Source: Candidatus Brocadiia bacterium (GTDB lineage Bacteria; Planctomycetota; Brocadiia; SM23-32). From it: DNA of 64,000 nucleotides. This document shows, piece by piece, positions 48,237 to 58,082 of the stretch (position 1 is its first letter; every line of letters begins with the position of its first letter). Under the pieces are notes generated by a model. It was not told the DNA's origin and did no database searches. It saw nothing but the letters and a program-made list of their open reading frames with translations. The translations under genes were made by a program, and so were the position numbers. The stretch is from positions 95,039 through 159,038 of the forward strand of contig JBKHIT010000005.1 in the NCBI GenBank assembly GCA_046538485.1, in the 5' to 3' direction.

Positions 48237-49853
48237 TTGCAGTCATTTACCAGCACCAGACGGCGAAGAATCAGACTTGTCGTGCCGGCCTACCCGGCAT
48301 TCAACATCTACTCCGGTGTCGCACGTCACATGACAGCCCTGGGTCCGGTCTGCGTTGCCACAGCCGTCAATGATGTCCCGGGATGGGACGTGGAGGTTAT
48401 CGACGAAAACAACTATCGCCGTGAAGCTCCGCGCGACGATGATGGTATGCCTGATCACGAAGTCCTGCAGAAAATACGACCGGTTGATGCGGTGGGCCTT
48501 TACGGGGGACTATCGAGCACTGTTCCCCGGTTGTTTCAGGTCGCATCGTATTATCAAGAGCTCGGAATTCCAACCCTTGCCGGGGGACACCATTTTGTCG
48601 ATGAGACAATCGGTGAGGCACTCAGCAATGGCGTTGACTATATCGTTCGGGGTGAAGGGGAAGAAGTCATAAAGGAGATGCTGGAGGTATTCGGCGGGAC
48701 CAAGGATAAGGAAACAGTCGATGGTATCGCCTACAGGGGGGAAGACGGCGAGCTGGAAACATCAACACGCGAGCTTATCCCGGACCTGGATGCCTTACCT
48801 GTGCCGGATTTCTCACTGTTGCGTTACGGGAAAGTCAAAATATATCCCGTCGGACGTGTGCGGGGATGCGGCATGAACTGCGAATTCTGTGCGGTTAAGG
48901 GCCGCCCACGTTACGCCTCTCCCGAGCGCCTCATGGAACAGTTCATGTCTCTGTATGAAAAACAGGGGGCCACAAGATTTTTTGTCGTAGATGATCTTTT
49001 CGGCCAGGACCGCGAAGAAACCATGCGCCTTTGCCGGATGCTGCGCGATTACCAGTACAAAGTAGAGACAAAATTCAGAATCATGGTCCAGATAAGACTT
49101 GACAAAGCGCGGGATGACGAGTTGCTCAAGGCTATGCGGGAAGCAAGAATCAGGACCCTTGCCATCGGATTCGAATCGCCAATCGCCGAGGAATTGGAGG
49201 CGATGAACAAACATCTCAAACCCGATGACATGGTGGAACTCACGCGCCTCTACCATCGTGCAGGATTCTGGATCCACGGGATGTTCATCTTCGGGTATCC
49301 GATGAAACCCGGCGTGGAGTTCAAAATGAGTGCCAAAGAACGCGTCAAGCGGTTCAGGCGTTTTATTAGCAAAGCGCGAATCGATACTTTACAGGTCCTT
49401 CTGACGGTTCCTCTTCCCGGGACCGAGCTGAGAAAGCGCTTGAAGGAAGAGAACAGGGTTTTTCCCACGGACCATTTAGGCTGGGAGTACTATGATGGAA
49501 ATTTCCCTCTTTTTGAACCGGACGAACCCCTGACTCCCGAACAGATGCAGGTCTCGATCCGGAAGATCATGGGGCGGTTCTACAGGTTCAGCCATTTCCT
49601 ATCCGTGGCGCTTAATATTCTTTCGTTTCCTGCTTTCATGCTGCGGCTGCACGATTTGAAACAGAGTTGGCGACGCTGGACGCGAAAGTGGTGGCGGAGC
49701 CTGATGGGCGTAATGGGTTGGCGTATCATCAAGAAATGGACAAAACAGTTCCGCAAGGGCAATTTCACCAAGAAACTGAATGAGGCAAAACAAAACCTCG
49801 ATTCCACCGACGAGAATTCCTTTGATGAGGGCGGCGCGGACGGTAAAGTATGA
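48237..49853 (+). CDS. B12-binding-domain radical SAM protein
   Basis: N-terminal B12-binding-like domain (IDEN, AGGHH, GEGE). RGCGMNCEFC CxxxCxxC motif, FFVVDD, IGFES, GMFIFG, PLPGT. TTG start with AGGAG RBS. Confidence 0.9.
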   Translation: MQSFTSTRRRRIRLVVPAYPAFNIYSGVARHMTALGPVCVATAVNDVPGWDVEVIDENNYRREAPRDDDGMPDHEVLQKIRPVDAVGLYGGLSSTVPRLFQVASYYQELGIPTLAGGHHFVDETIGEALSNGVDYIVRGEGEEVIKEMLEVFGGTKDKETVDGIAYRGEDGELETSTRELIPDLDALPVPDFSLLRYGKVKIYPVGRVRGCGMNCEFCAVKGRPRYASPERLMEQFMSLYEKQGATRFFVVDDLFGQDREETMRLCRMLRDYQYKVETKFRIMVQIRLDKARDDELLKAMREARIRTLAIGFESPIAEELEAMNKHLKPDDMVELTRLYHRAGFWIHGMFIFGYPMKPGVEFKMSAKERVKRFRRFISKARIDTLQVLLTVPLPGTELRKRLKEENRVFPTDHLGWEYYDGNFPLFEPDEPLTPEQMQVSIRKIMGRFYRFSHFLSVALNILSFPAFMLRLHDLKQSWRRWTRKWWRSLMGVMGWRIIKKWTKQFRKGNFTKKLNEAKQNLDSTDENSFDEGGADGKV

Positions 49854-49956
49854 ACATAGATCCAGTGATTTGCCCGTGCTATTTTAACGTTAGGCGTGAT
49901 ATTGTCTCTTGTATTTGACGTTGCAGTTAACTGGATGTGTGGCGGGGAGGGCGAGT

Positions 49957-51441
49957 ATGAAGCCCCCAGGGTCCTACAGGAATGTTGGTTTTACGTTGAT
50001 TGAGCTGCTGGTTGTCATTGCCATCATTGCGATTCTGGCGGCGATGCTTATGCCGGCACTGGAATCGGCTCGCAAGCGGGCGCGGCGTATCACGGCCGCG
50101 GCAAATATGCATCAGATGCTGCTGGGTTTTACAATGTACAGCGGGGAACATCGGGATCTTCTGCCAGTCTCGTGCTGGTTTTTTTATCCGAAGAATGCAC
50201 CCGCCCACATGTTTGAATCCCACAGTCGTGGCTGTTCAGGGGGGAGCGCGTGCGGGACGCATTGCATCAACATCGAATACGACCTTGGAGATGTGGCGAA
50301 GGAATACGGTTTTGATGCTGCGACAGCGCATCCCATTACCGGAAGCGTGCCGTGGGGACATCCGGATAATAACCGCCACATGACCTATTCACCGTGGACT
50401 TATTTCCCCGGCTATCACAACGGCGGTTCCCTCTGGTACAACTGCCAGGGCAACTGCGAAACATTCTCCGGTGGCTACCTCGTGAATCGTCCCGGTGGCC
50501 CGCCGAACGCGTATTTCAACGATAAGAAGATGATATTGGGAAAGCCCCCGATGGGGCCTATGAAGATAAACCGCGCTCGAAGCGGACACGTCATGCTTGG
50601 TGAGATCCTCATGCGCGAGGAGACCGGCTGTCGTAGCTACGGGGTGTACCTCGAGAACGGAGTTCTTGAAGACGGTGCCTCCACCAACGATCACCAGGGG
50701 CGATTTTACTACAACCAGACTTTCTTTTTTCCCGATAAGTATGGTGCTAATCTTTTTCGGGTACGTAAAACGGCCAGCTCGGGAGGAAGTACCTGCGGAA
50801 ACAATCCCATTTACCTCGATTGGGACCTGCGGGACGTTTCGATTCCGTACAACTTCGATGCTTCCACGTCCCACCCTGTCCTCGGGACGCCTCCCTGGGG
50901 AGATGCTGATAATACGCGTGCGGCCTGTTATTCGGCCTGGACATACACTCCGGGGTATCAGAACGGAGGATCGCTCTGGTATAATTGCCGGGGCAACTAT
51001 GAGACCTTTTCGGGGGCCTATCTGGGGAGTCGGCCGGCAGAATCGCAGGTGTCGTTTACTCATCTGAATACGACACTTCATCGACCTTCGATGGGTCCTC
51101 TCCAGATCAGTGAAGCAAGCTCCCGGCATGTGATGCTTTCGGAACACATCTGGTACGTGGATTATCCAGGATATGAGCATAAGGGGGTGAATGTGCGGAA
51201 CGGTAGCCGGAATATTCCTCCCTCCAATAATCCTTCCTCGCAGTTATTTACGACTCCCAGCGAGGAAAATATACTGGGTTCGCATTCCGGACATTACGAC
51301 GGTCATGTGGAATGGGACCCGTTCGATGAGATGTATATCGATCACTACGGTTACAGCGGTTCGCTCTGGAATGTCTATGGCCAGATGATGACTCCCCAAC
51401 CCGAGAATCTTGACCGTTTTGGCGTTTACCACGGGTCATGA
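49957..51441 (+). CDS. Prepilin-type (DUF1559-like) protein with an internally duplicated body
   Basis: [29 protein letters not shown]. Two diverged copies of [26 protein letters not shown]. Single C-terminal GHYDGHV. Confidence 0.9.
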   Translation: MKPPGSYRNVGFTLIELLVVIAIIAILAAMLMPALESARKRARRITAAANMHQMLLGFTMYSGEHRDLLPVSCWFFYPKNAPAHMFESHSRGCSGGSACGTHCINIEYDLGDVAKEYGFDAATAHPITGSVPWGHPDNNRHMTYSPWTYFPGYHNGGSLWYNCQGNCETFSGGYLVNRPGGPPNAYFNDKKMILGKPPMGPMKINRARSGHVMLGEILMREETGCRSYGVYLENGVLEDGASTNDHQGRFYYNQTFFFPDKYGANLFRVRKTASSGGSTCGNNPIYLDWDLRDVSIPYNFDASTSHPVLGTPPWGDADNTRAACYSAWTYTPGYQNGGSLWYNCRGNYETFSGAYLGSRPAESQVSFTHLNTTLHRPSMGPLQISEASSRHVMLSEHIWYVDYPGYEHKGVNVRNGSRNIPPSNNPSSQLFTTPSEENILGSHSGHYDGHVEWDPFDEMYIDHYGYSGSLWNVYGQMMTPQPENLDRFGVYHGS

Positions 51442-51736
51442 GGGGCCTTTGTGCTGGGGGTAACGGAGCGCTGACTGATAAATATTTTTTAAAAACTCTA
51501 ACGGCGGGCTTTCAGCCGGAAAATGTCAACAGCAACCTTAACGCCAGGCAGGCGGCGGCTGAGAAGAACACAAAATTCTCCAGGTCTTCCCACATCGTTG
51601 GCGGTCCGCTCAAATTCAGCCTCCACGCCTTGACAGAGGGGGCAGGATGCGGTTAGGGTCTTCCATCCAATTGAAGAAGACGGCGTCGCGTTAACTGTCT
51701 CGCCTTGTCCATTGACTTATTTTCCTTGAGGTCCTC

Positions 51737-52993
51737 ATGTCTCCCATGAAGGCGTGCCCGGAATTTCTGGATGATCGATCTCCGGAAGGTGTCGAAGTCT
51801 ATCAACTGACCACCGATTATGAGAGAACCAGTCTGGTTTATCCGGATTGTCAGGCATTTCTTGCGGATAGCAGGAGCATGATAATCAACAGCTCGGATGG
51901 CCCGCAGATTTGCCATCTGGACGAAGCGTGTTCCCTCGAACCTTTGTCCGATATGGCCGACGACATTCGCGGTTTTCGGCTGGCTGCCAGTGGGAAACAT
52001 CTCGTTTTTAAAAGCGGAAAATCGGACGAGGAGCAACTTCGAATACATCGTCTCAATCTTGAAACGGGCGAGGTGGAGGAAATTTTTCATGCGCAGGGGA
52101 AGATACCTGACACGGATTATCCCGTCAGGCGTATACCGGTGGCAACGGTCTCACACGATGCTTCCCGTTTGGCTGGTCTCGTTTATCTTGATTACGACAA
52201 AAAAGCGGAAGGGGAAACGGGTATTGTCGTGCTCGATACAAAGACGAATGATATCAATGTCCTTTCCAGTCAGCCTTTTGAGCACGCGCATTTGCGATAC
52301 TTTCCCGGTCCTGAGGAACCATGGGCGCATAGTCTTTTGTACCAGCATAATCATGACAAAGTTCTGGATGAAACGGGCAAAAGAGTGCCGCAGTACTGGC
52401 ATGAAGGAGATAAAGGGGTCGACCTTCATGTCATCAGCGATGACGGCAAAAGCCGGGCGGAGCTGCCTTTTGGACGCGATGGTGTGGAATCATGCATCGG
52501 GCATCAACAGTGGAGATACCCGCACTACGAGGTGACGGCGATCATGTATCAGAATCAGGATAACAGTTACGGATGGGGCGATAGCACGCGGCAACATTTG
52601 CTCACCGGCCCACCCGTTCCCGTTGACCCCGATACAGAACACAAAGGAAGGGTGGGGCGTGAGGAGGACCGGCATCTTCTATCGCAAAACCTGGAAAACT
52701 CCCGGATCTGTCATCTTGGACTTGACGGGAGTGGATTGCGTTTTGCGTTTGATACGTTCCCTGTTTGGGGTGGCGAGCGCGCGGGTATGGCAATTTACAT
52801 CGGCGAAGCGGACGACATTAGAAGCCCTCTGGATTTTTACTATATTCTGAATGCTGGTGTTGTGTTCAATACGGCGGTTAACCACGAACACGCGCACCCG
52901 CGGCTATCTCCTGACGGGCGTGAACTGTTTTTTAATTCCGATTATTTTGGTTCTCCTCAGGCCTACATGGTGCGAAATATGCCCTGGTCATGA
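51737..52993 (+). CDS. Oligogalacturonate lyase (PL22)-like beta-propeller protein
   Basis: GVEVYQLT, Y....AF..D, HAHL, GHQQW, CH, HAHPRLSPDG..LFFNSD..G.PQ.Y. Confidence 0.65.
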   Translation: MSPMKACPEFLDDRSPEGVEVYQLTTDYERTSLVYPDCQAFLADSRSMIINSSDGPQICHLDEACSLEPLSDMADDIRGFRLAASGKHLVFKSGKSDEEQLRIHRLNLETGEVEEIFHAQGKIPDTDYPVRRIPVATVSHDASRLAGLVYLDYDKKAEGETGIVVLDTKTNDINVLSSQPFEHAHLRYFPGPEEPWAHSLLYQHNHDKVLDETGKRVPQYWHEGDKGVDLHVISDDGKSRAELPFGRDGVESCIGHQQWRYPHYEVTAIMYQNQDNSYGWGDSTRQHLLTGPPVPVDPDTEHKGRVGREEDRHLLSQNLENSRICHLGLDGSGLRFAFDTFPVWGGERAGMAIYIGEADDIRSPLDFYYILNAGVVFNTAVNHEHAHPRLSPDGRELFFNSDYFGSPQAYMVRNMPWS

Positions 52994-53033
52994 CGGCTAA
53001 TACGTTAACAAGCGCTGCAAAGGAAGTATTTCG

Positions 53034-53915
53034 ATGACAGAAGAATTTGAGAAAGGTGTGCCGGAATGGGCTCAGCACGAGGACCCGCGAAAGCACTGCT
53101 ACACATCCTATACAGATCGTTCGATTGAAAGGATTCAGCTGGAAGAAGCAATCGCGGCGACCGAGCAGAACGTGGATTACCTCTACGGAGATTTTACTCC
53201 CGTCGAAGTGGACTATCCCCGCAGCACGCGTCCGCTTTTAGAATTGATTGTCGACAAGGTTTGCCGGGATTGCGAAACAGCCCGCGAGAAGGCCACAGCG
53301 CTCGTAACCTGGCGACGTCTGAATCACACGCATCTTGGAAAGTGCGGATTGGGTTCGGAAGAGGAGATCATCCTCGGGGGTTACAGCATGTGCCACGATG
53401 CGGCGCGGACGATGACGATTCTGGCGCAGGTGGCGGGACTGGGATCGCGATTGGTGATTGCACTCAACAATGAGGAAAAGAGGGGACATACGCTGAGTGA
53501 AGTGTACGTGGACGGCAAGTGGGCTCTGTTTGATCCCAGTCCGATGCTGGCCTGGGGTTATCTGGAGATGCCCGATGGGGAACTTGCCAGTGCCTGGGAC
53601 GTGCGCCAAAACCCTGATTTAGTGTCGGAATGTCCCAAAACGGCGGGAGATTGGGAACGCCATGAAAAGATGATACTGACCCCGGATAAGTACGGGAGCC
53701 TTTTCCGCGATTACGAACTGACAAATTATTCGTTGGAAGATTCGACGCACTTCATGGCGCTCCGGTTCCTGCGCTACGTCACGGCTCATAAGGCGCTCGA
53801 TAATTACGATTACATCGGGCACATGGCGAACGATCCTATCGCATCGTTCCTCGATCTCGATCAGAGCCTCGAAGAATGGGTGGAAGCCAGCATCGAGAAT
53901 ATGAAGAAGGCGTGA
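53034..53915 (+). CDS. Transglutaminase-like cysteine-protease-fold protein
   Basis: EEEIILGG...CHDAAR (Cys), GHTLSEVYVDGKWALFDP (His, Asp). Confidence 0.8.
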   Translation: MTEEFEKGVPEWAQHEDPRKHCYTSYTDRSIERIQLEEAIAATEQNVDYLYGDFTPVEVDYPRSTRPLLELIVDKVCRDCETAREKATALVTWRRLNHTHLGKCGLGSEEEIILGGYSMCHDAARTMTILAQVAGLGSRLVIALNNEEKRGHTLSEVYVDGKWALFDPSPMLAWGYLEMPDGELASAWDVRQNPDLVSECPKTAGDWERHEKMILTPDKYGSLFRDYELTNYSLEDSTHFMALRFLRYVTAHKALDNYDYIGHMANDPIASFLDLDQSLEEWVEASIENMKKA

Positions 53916-53940
53916 GCCTGCCCTTCCAGGAAACAGGGCT

Positions 53941-53956
53941 GCGTTCTGAATTCCAG
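53941..53956 (+). repeat. Left half of hairpin module A
   Basis: GCGTTCTGAATTCCAG, 15 of 16 bases identical to the full copies. Confidence 0.7.
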
Positions 53957-53959
53957 AGC

Positions 53960-54764
53960 CTAAAGGCGTTCATCCCCAACATCCGCAATCCACCTGCCTG
54001 TCCACGCGACCGTATCGACGTCGAGTCCGCAGAGGTTGCTTGCCAGGAAGATCATCCCGTCCAGTCGTCCGGCGCGCAACCATTCCAGACCTAACGCACA
54101 CTGATGCTGCATCAGGTTCACTGGCATGGGTTTTCCACCTCCGTAATCCCACATGTAGCACCCCAGCAATTTACGGTGTGAAGGAGCCAGCTGTTCCAAT
54201 TTTTCGAAGTTTTTCTCAAGTTTAAACAGCGTTTCGGAATGCCACGTCCAGAACGTAATGACATCGCAATAGTCCAGGTGTTCAGGGTAGGGGGCGTCGA
54301 GCATCTCGTCGTAGAAGACCACCCAGAGATCCAGCGGTGGGGAGGTGCGGTGAAGCCGCTGCTGAAACGCTGCCATCGTTTCCTTCGAATGACGGGCAAT
54401 TCCTTTTTCCGGTCGATCTGCCGGAGCGTGAAAGAAATCATCCATGATACCTCCCACGAGGTTCTGGCAGTCTTCCGAGAGGGCAAGAAGTGCTTCGAGA
54501 TCGGGTTCATCGTCGTTGCGGGTCGATGAAGAATCTCCGATGACGGACCACACGAGACGGTCGAGGAAACAAAGCGGTTCGGCGTGGGGGGCGAACGGCG
54601 GGCGCGGTCTGTCACCGTAGCAGACCATGATAGCGTTGCTGATACCCATTTTTTTCCGCGGCTTCGGCAGGTTTTGTATCACTCGATCCTGGCAGACCAT
54701 ACTTTCCGTCGTGACTTCCGGCCTCATGACACCACAGCCACAGGTGATCGCGTATTTTGGCCAT
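53960..54764 (-). pseudogene. Frameshifted hypothetical TIM-barrel-like gene (one extra A in an A7 run)
   Basis: MAKIRDHLWLWCHEAGSH...PAEAAEK joins MGISNAIMV...GGIMDDFF...TFWTW...GCYMWDYG if T7 at 54649-54655 is read as T6. Joined product 267 aa. Confidence 0.8.
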
Positions 54765-55029
54765 TTTCACATTCCTTTCGTTGCGGAGGACGGTGGAACA
54801 GGAGGAATTTATTCTATCTTTGACGGTCATGAAGTTTTACATGTTGGACGTGGACAATCAAATCTTTCTAAGCCTTGCCTGTGGGGGAATGAATCCTACG
54901 GATTGCCGAATGAGCATGTTCGATGTGATCTCGGTTTGCATTGTGCAGGTGGTAGTGCTATATCTTAACCCTTTGCTCGAATGTGCCGAACGAATTCAAT
55001 TCTCTTCAGCATGACAGAAAGCCCAGATC

Positions 55030-56334
55030 GTGGGTAAGAAACCGAACATTGTCGTTATGTTTTTGGACGATTCCGGATGGGGCGATTTCCGTCCGTTTGG
55101 AGATACCGCTTATCCCACCCCAAATGTGGAACGATTGGCGGAACAGGGGACTTGCTTTACTCAATTTTATGTCCCCCAGGCCATATGCTCGGCTTCACGC
55201 GCGTGTTTACTGACCGGGAGTTACCCCGGCCGACATAAGGTTTATGGGGCGATAGGACCACGGGCGCGCGGCCTTGAGCCAGAGCATACGATTATTGCGG
55301 AGATGCTCAAAGAAAATGGCTATGCCACGGGCTGTTTCGGCAAATGGCATATCGGGGACGAATCCGAGACGCGTCCGCCCGCCCGGGGTTTTGGTGAATC
55401 ATCGGGCCTGATGTATTCCAACGATATGTGGAAACACCACCCGCAGAGCCGGCATTTTGACGACTACGAACTGCAGTTCTGGCGTAACGGCGAGGTAGAA
55501 ATTGACGACGTCAGCCCGGAACAGCAGAAGATGCTGACCACCTGGTATACCGAGCATGCCGTGGATTTCATCGAGCGGCACAAGGAGGAACCGTTCTTCC
55601 TCTATGTCCCGCACAACATGCCTCATGTCCCGATTTTCTGCAGTGATAAATTCGAGGGGAAATCCGGAGAAGGTCTGTATGCCGACGTCATGATGGAAAT
55701 CGACTGGTCGCTGGGACAGATCATGGATGCCCTGGAGGAAGCCGACGTCCGCGACGATACCTTCATAATGTTCAGTTCCGACAACGGCCCGTGGCTCTCT
55801 TACGGCAACCATGCTGGCACGACACCATTTCGGGAGGGGAAAGCGACATCGTTCGACGGAGGGACGCGGAGCGCATGTGTGATGAGTTATCCGGGTCATA
55901 TCCCGGCTGGTGTCAGGACCGACACGACCTTTTCGACGGTGGATATGCTGCCGACGTTTGCCCGGATAACCGCCGCGGACCTGCCGGGTCACGAGATTGA
56001 CGGCATGGATGTATGGGATTTGATCACTGGCGAGCCTGATGCGGAGAACCCCCACGAGTATTATCCTTTCTCCACGACGAGAAACTTTGAAGGCGTGATC
56101 TCGGGCGATGGCAAATGGAAACTGCATCTCCCGCATAAGTACCGTACGCTGGTGAGAGCGGGGCAGGACGGCCAACCCGGTGAATACGAGGATGGTTTCA
56201 TTGAACTTTCGCTGTTCGATATGGAGAACGACCCATACGAGACCACCAATCTGGTCGATAAGCATCCAAAAATTGTCGAACGGTTGCAAGAACTGGCTGA
56301 GGCGCACCGGGACCGTTGGTTCGATGCCAAATAG
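55030..56334 (+). CDS. Arylsulfatase (Cys-type S1), cytoplasmic
   Basis: PNIVVMFLDDSGWGD, CSASRACLLTG, GKWH.G, HNMPHVP, FSSDNGPW, REGK.T.FDGG.R. Confidence 0.93.
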   Translation: MGKKPNIVVMFLDDSGWGDFRPFGDTAYPTPNVERLAEQGTCFTQFYVPQAICSASRACLLTGSYPGRHKVYGAIGPRARGLEPEHTIIAEMLKENGYATGCFGKWHIGDESETRPPARGFGESSGLMYSNDMWKHHPQSRHFDDYELQFWRNGEVEIDDVSPEQQKMLTTWYTEHAVDFIERHKEEPFFLYVPHNMPHVPIFCSDKFEGKSGEGLYADVMMEIDWSLGQIMDALEEADVRDDTFIMFSSDNGPWLSYGNHAGTTPFREGKATSFDGGTRSACVMSYPGHIPAGVRTDTTFSTVDMLPTFARITAADLPGHEIDGMDVWDLITGEPDAENPHEYYPFSTTRNFEGVISGDGKWKLHLPHKYRTLVRAGQDGQPGEYEDGFIELSLFDMENDPYETTNLVDKHPKIVERLQELAEAHRDRWFDAK

Positions 56335-56339
56335 GTTGG

Positions 56340-56373
56340 GCGGACTGGACTTCAGCGCCGCCGTGGCGGGGCT
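56340..56373 (-). repeat. Loop plus right half of hairpin module A, in inverted orientation
   Basis: GCGGACTGGACTTCAG is the exact reverse complement of CTGAAGTCCAGTCCGC. It is followed by a loop resembling that of the 47721 copy. Confidence 0.8.
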
Positions 56374-56384
56374 TCGCGGGCATT

Positions 56385-58082
56385 CTACAGAATTTCTAAA
56401 GTCATTTCATACTCAGAGGCGGTGTTTGAGAACGGCAAGACCACCACGATTCGCCCCTCTTCCGGCGTGGATTCGCCGCCTTTTCGGTAGGGGTTGTGGG
56501 GTAGGGCGGGCCAGACGACCCGGCTGTCTTCTGGCAAATAAAGCCGCCAGCCCCGGTGCTCGATCCACGATTCCCCGGATCGTTCCAGGAATTCTTCACC
56601 GAGTTCTACTGACTCCCCGGACCCAAAATCGAGTGTCTCGTGCAAATCGGGGAGCAACGTTACATGTCCCTCGACGGCATCCCCCGAATTCGCCGTTGCC
56701 TCGTACTTGATCGTCAAACTGGTGTCATTTTTCGGCGTCAGTGTGATATTGCACGTTTCTTCTCCATAGTTCAACAGCAACCCGGGAGCGGATTTGTCGT
56801 CCATATAAGTGGCATTATCGGGCACGTGCAGCAATCCTTTTCTCGGGCTGAATTCCGGATCAGTATCCCCGGGCGTATGCCTCAAAAGCGATGTGTCACC
56901 TACCGTGAAGTTGCTCCACAGCGGTTGCAGTTTCGTATTTCCCCCACCTATGATCAAACCCACGTTATCGTGGAAAACGCTCACGAAGTTCTGTCGATCC
57001 TGTCCCCACCGGACCTGCGGGATTTCGCTGCAAAATGCTGAGATACAGAAAAACCAGGGACAATTCCGGACGATCAGCGCTTCCTGACCCATCCGGTGAA
57101 CGTGATGATCCAGCTCCGCGCTCGTCGGCTCAACCGGGCCTTCGCCACCGTGGAGCAGAAGATGGGCCGCATAGTCGGCCGGAAAATGTCTCGCGGTTTC
57201 CAGGTACCTGGCATGTTGGTGCATCAGATATCCCCGTCCGATTGGTGTATGGCTGAATCCTGAACCTCGCAGGCGCACTCCTTCCTGGTAAGGGTTACGC
57301 CCATCGAGCGTCTCCACAGCGCTTCCGTCCGGGTACGTCAAATTGGCGTGGTAGCGTGAAGCCCGCTCCAGAGCGTCCAGGACCGATGTGTCGCCGGACA
57401 TGCTGTAATAAACTCCCAACGCTTCTGAATATACGAAATTATAGGCCACCACCGGTCCTTCGTGTTCGGGCCACCACCCGTTCGGGGATTGCCGGGCGAC
57501 GACTTTTGCCATGAAAGCTTTCGACTGTTCACGCCATTGCTGTCGGTCAAATACGAGGCCGGCACAATAGAGGCCCATCGCGTGATGTGTGGGAATATTG
57601 TGGACAATCTGCATGGCCTTCTCGGAGATCCCACGGTATCCCAGCAGCAAGGCCTCTTCCCATCGGTTTCTGGCGTCCTTCGGCATAGCGTCTTTTACCA
57701 GCCAGTAGGCGCGAATCCATCGACTGTAGATCCACGGCTGGTAGATCGGACCCCATTCCGAGTAATCCTTCTTTTTGAACAAAAACATTCCGTTTTCGTC
57801 CTGTCCCTCGATACATGCATATCCGCCGCGGACGATAGCGTCGAGGAGCTGCGCATCGTGATGGTATTTGCTGTCTTTCAGGTGCCAGGCCACTGCCAGG
57901 GGAAACATCACATTTTGATCGGTTGAAATCCAGGGCTCCGTGCCAAACTGCCCGTTTTCCTTTTGAGAGGCCAGGATGTCAGGCACCGCGTGATCGAGCG
58001 ATTCCAGCAGTTCGGGTTCGGGTTCCCACGTCTCTGCCATTTTCTTTTGCCTTTTTTCGGAGATTCTTTTGTGTCCTGTCAC
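56385..58082 (-). CDS. Hypothetical alpha/alpha-toroid protein (heparinase II/III-like architecture)
   Basis: ILASQ..NG.F, HNIPTHHA, QSPNGWWPEHEGP...YN.VY, YPDGS..ETLDGRN. GTGA overlap with the upstream gene. Start could instead be 58040. Confidence 0.65.
   Translation of the reverse strand: MTGHKRISEKRQKKMAETWEPEPELLESLDHAVPDILASQKENGQFGTEPWISTDQNVMFPLAVAWHLKDSKYHHDAQLLDAIVRGGYACIEGQDENGMFLFKKKDYSEWGPIYQPWIYSRWIRAYWLVKDAMPKDARNRWEEALLLGYRGISEKAMQIVHNIPTHHAMGLYCAGLVFDRQQWREQSKAFMAKVVARQSPNGWWPEHEGPVVAYNFVYSEALGVYYSMSGDTSVLDALERASRYHANLTYPDGSAVETLDGRNPYQEGVRLRGSGFSHTPIGRGYLMHQHARYLETARHFPADYAAHLLLHGGEGPVEPTSAELDHHVHRMGQEALIVRNCPWFFCISAFCSEIPQVRWGQDRQNFVSVFHDNVGLIIGGGNTKLQPLWSNFTVGDTSLLRHTPGDTDPEFSPRKGLLHVPDNATYMDDKSAPGLLLNYGEETCNITLTPKNDTSLTIKYEATANSGDAVEGHVTLLPDLHETLDFGSGESVELGEEFLERSGESWIEHRGWRLYLPEDSRVVWPALPHNPYRKGGESTPEEGRIVVVLPFSNTASEYEMTLEIL

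Noticed and set aside
48237..49853. Radical SAM protein as an anaerobic sulfatase maturase or RiPP enzyme working with TldD/E
   Set aside because: It has a B12-binding N-terminal domain and no SPASM cysteine cluster. No precursor peptide is adjacent, and tldD/pmbA lie 20 kb away in an ordinary context.
50140..51200. Internal repeat in the pilin-like gene as a DGR template/variable repeat pair
   Set aside because: Differences are spread over all bases and are often synonymous, not adenine-specific. No reverse transcriptase or Avd gene is in the window.
14828..56373. Dispersed repeats as a CRISPR array or integron attC sites
   Set aside because: Copies are kilobases apart with no regular spacers. 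No cas or intI gene is present, and there are no RYYYAAC/GTTRRRY boxes.
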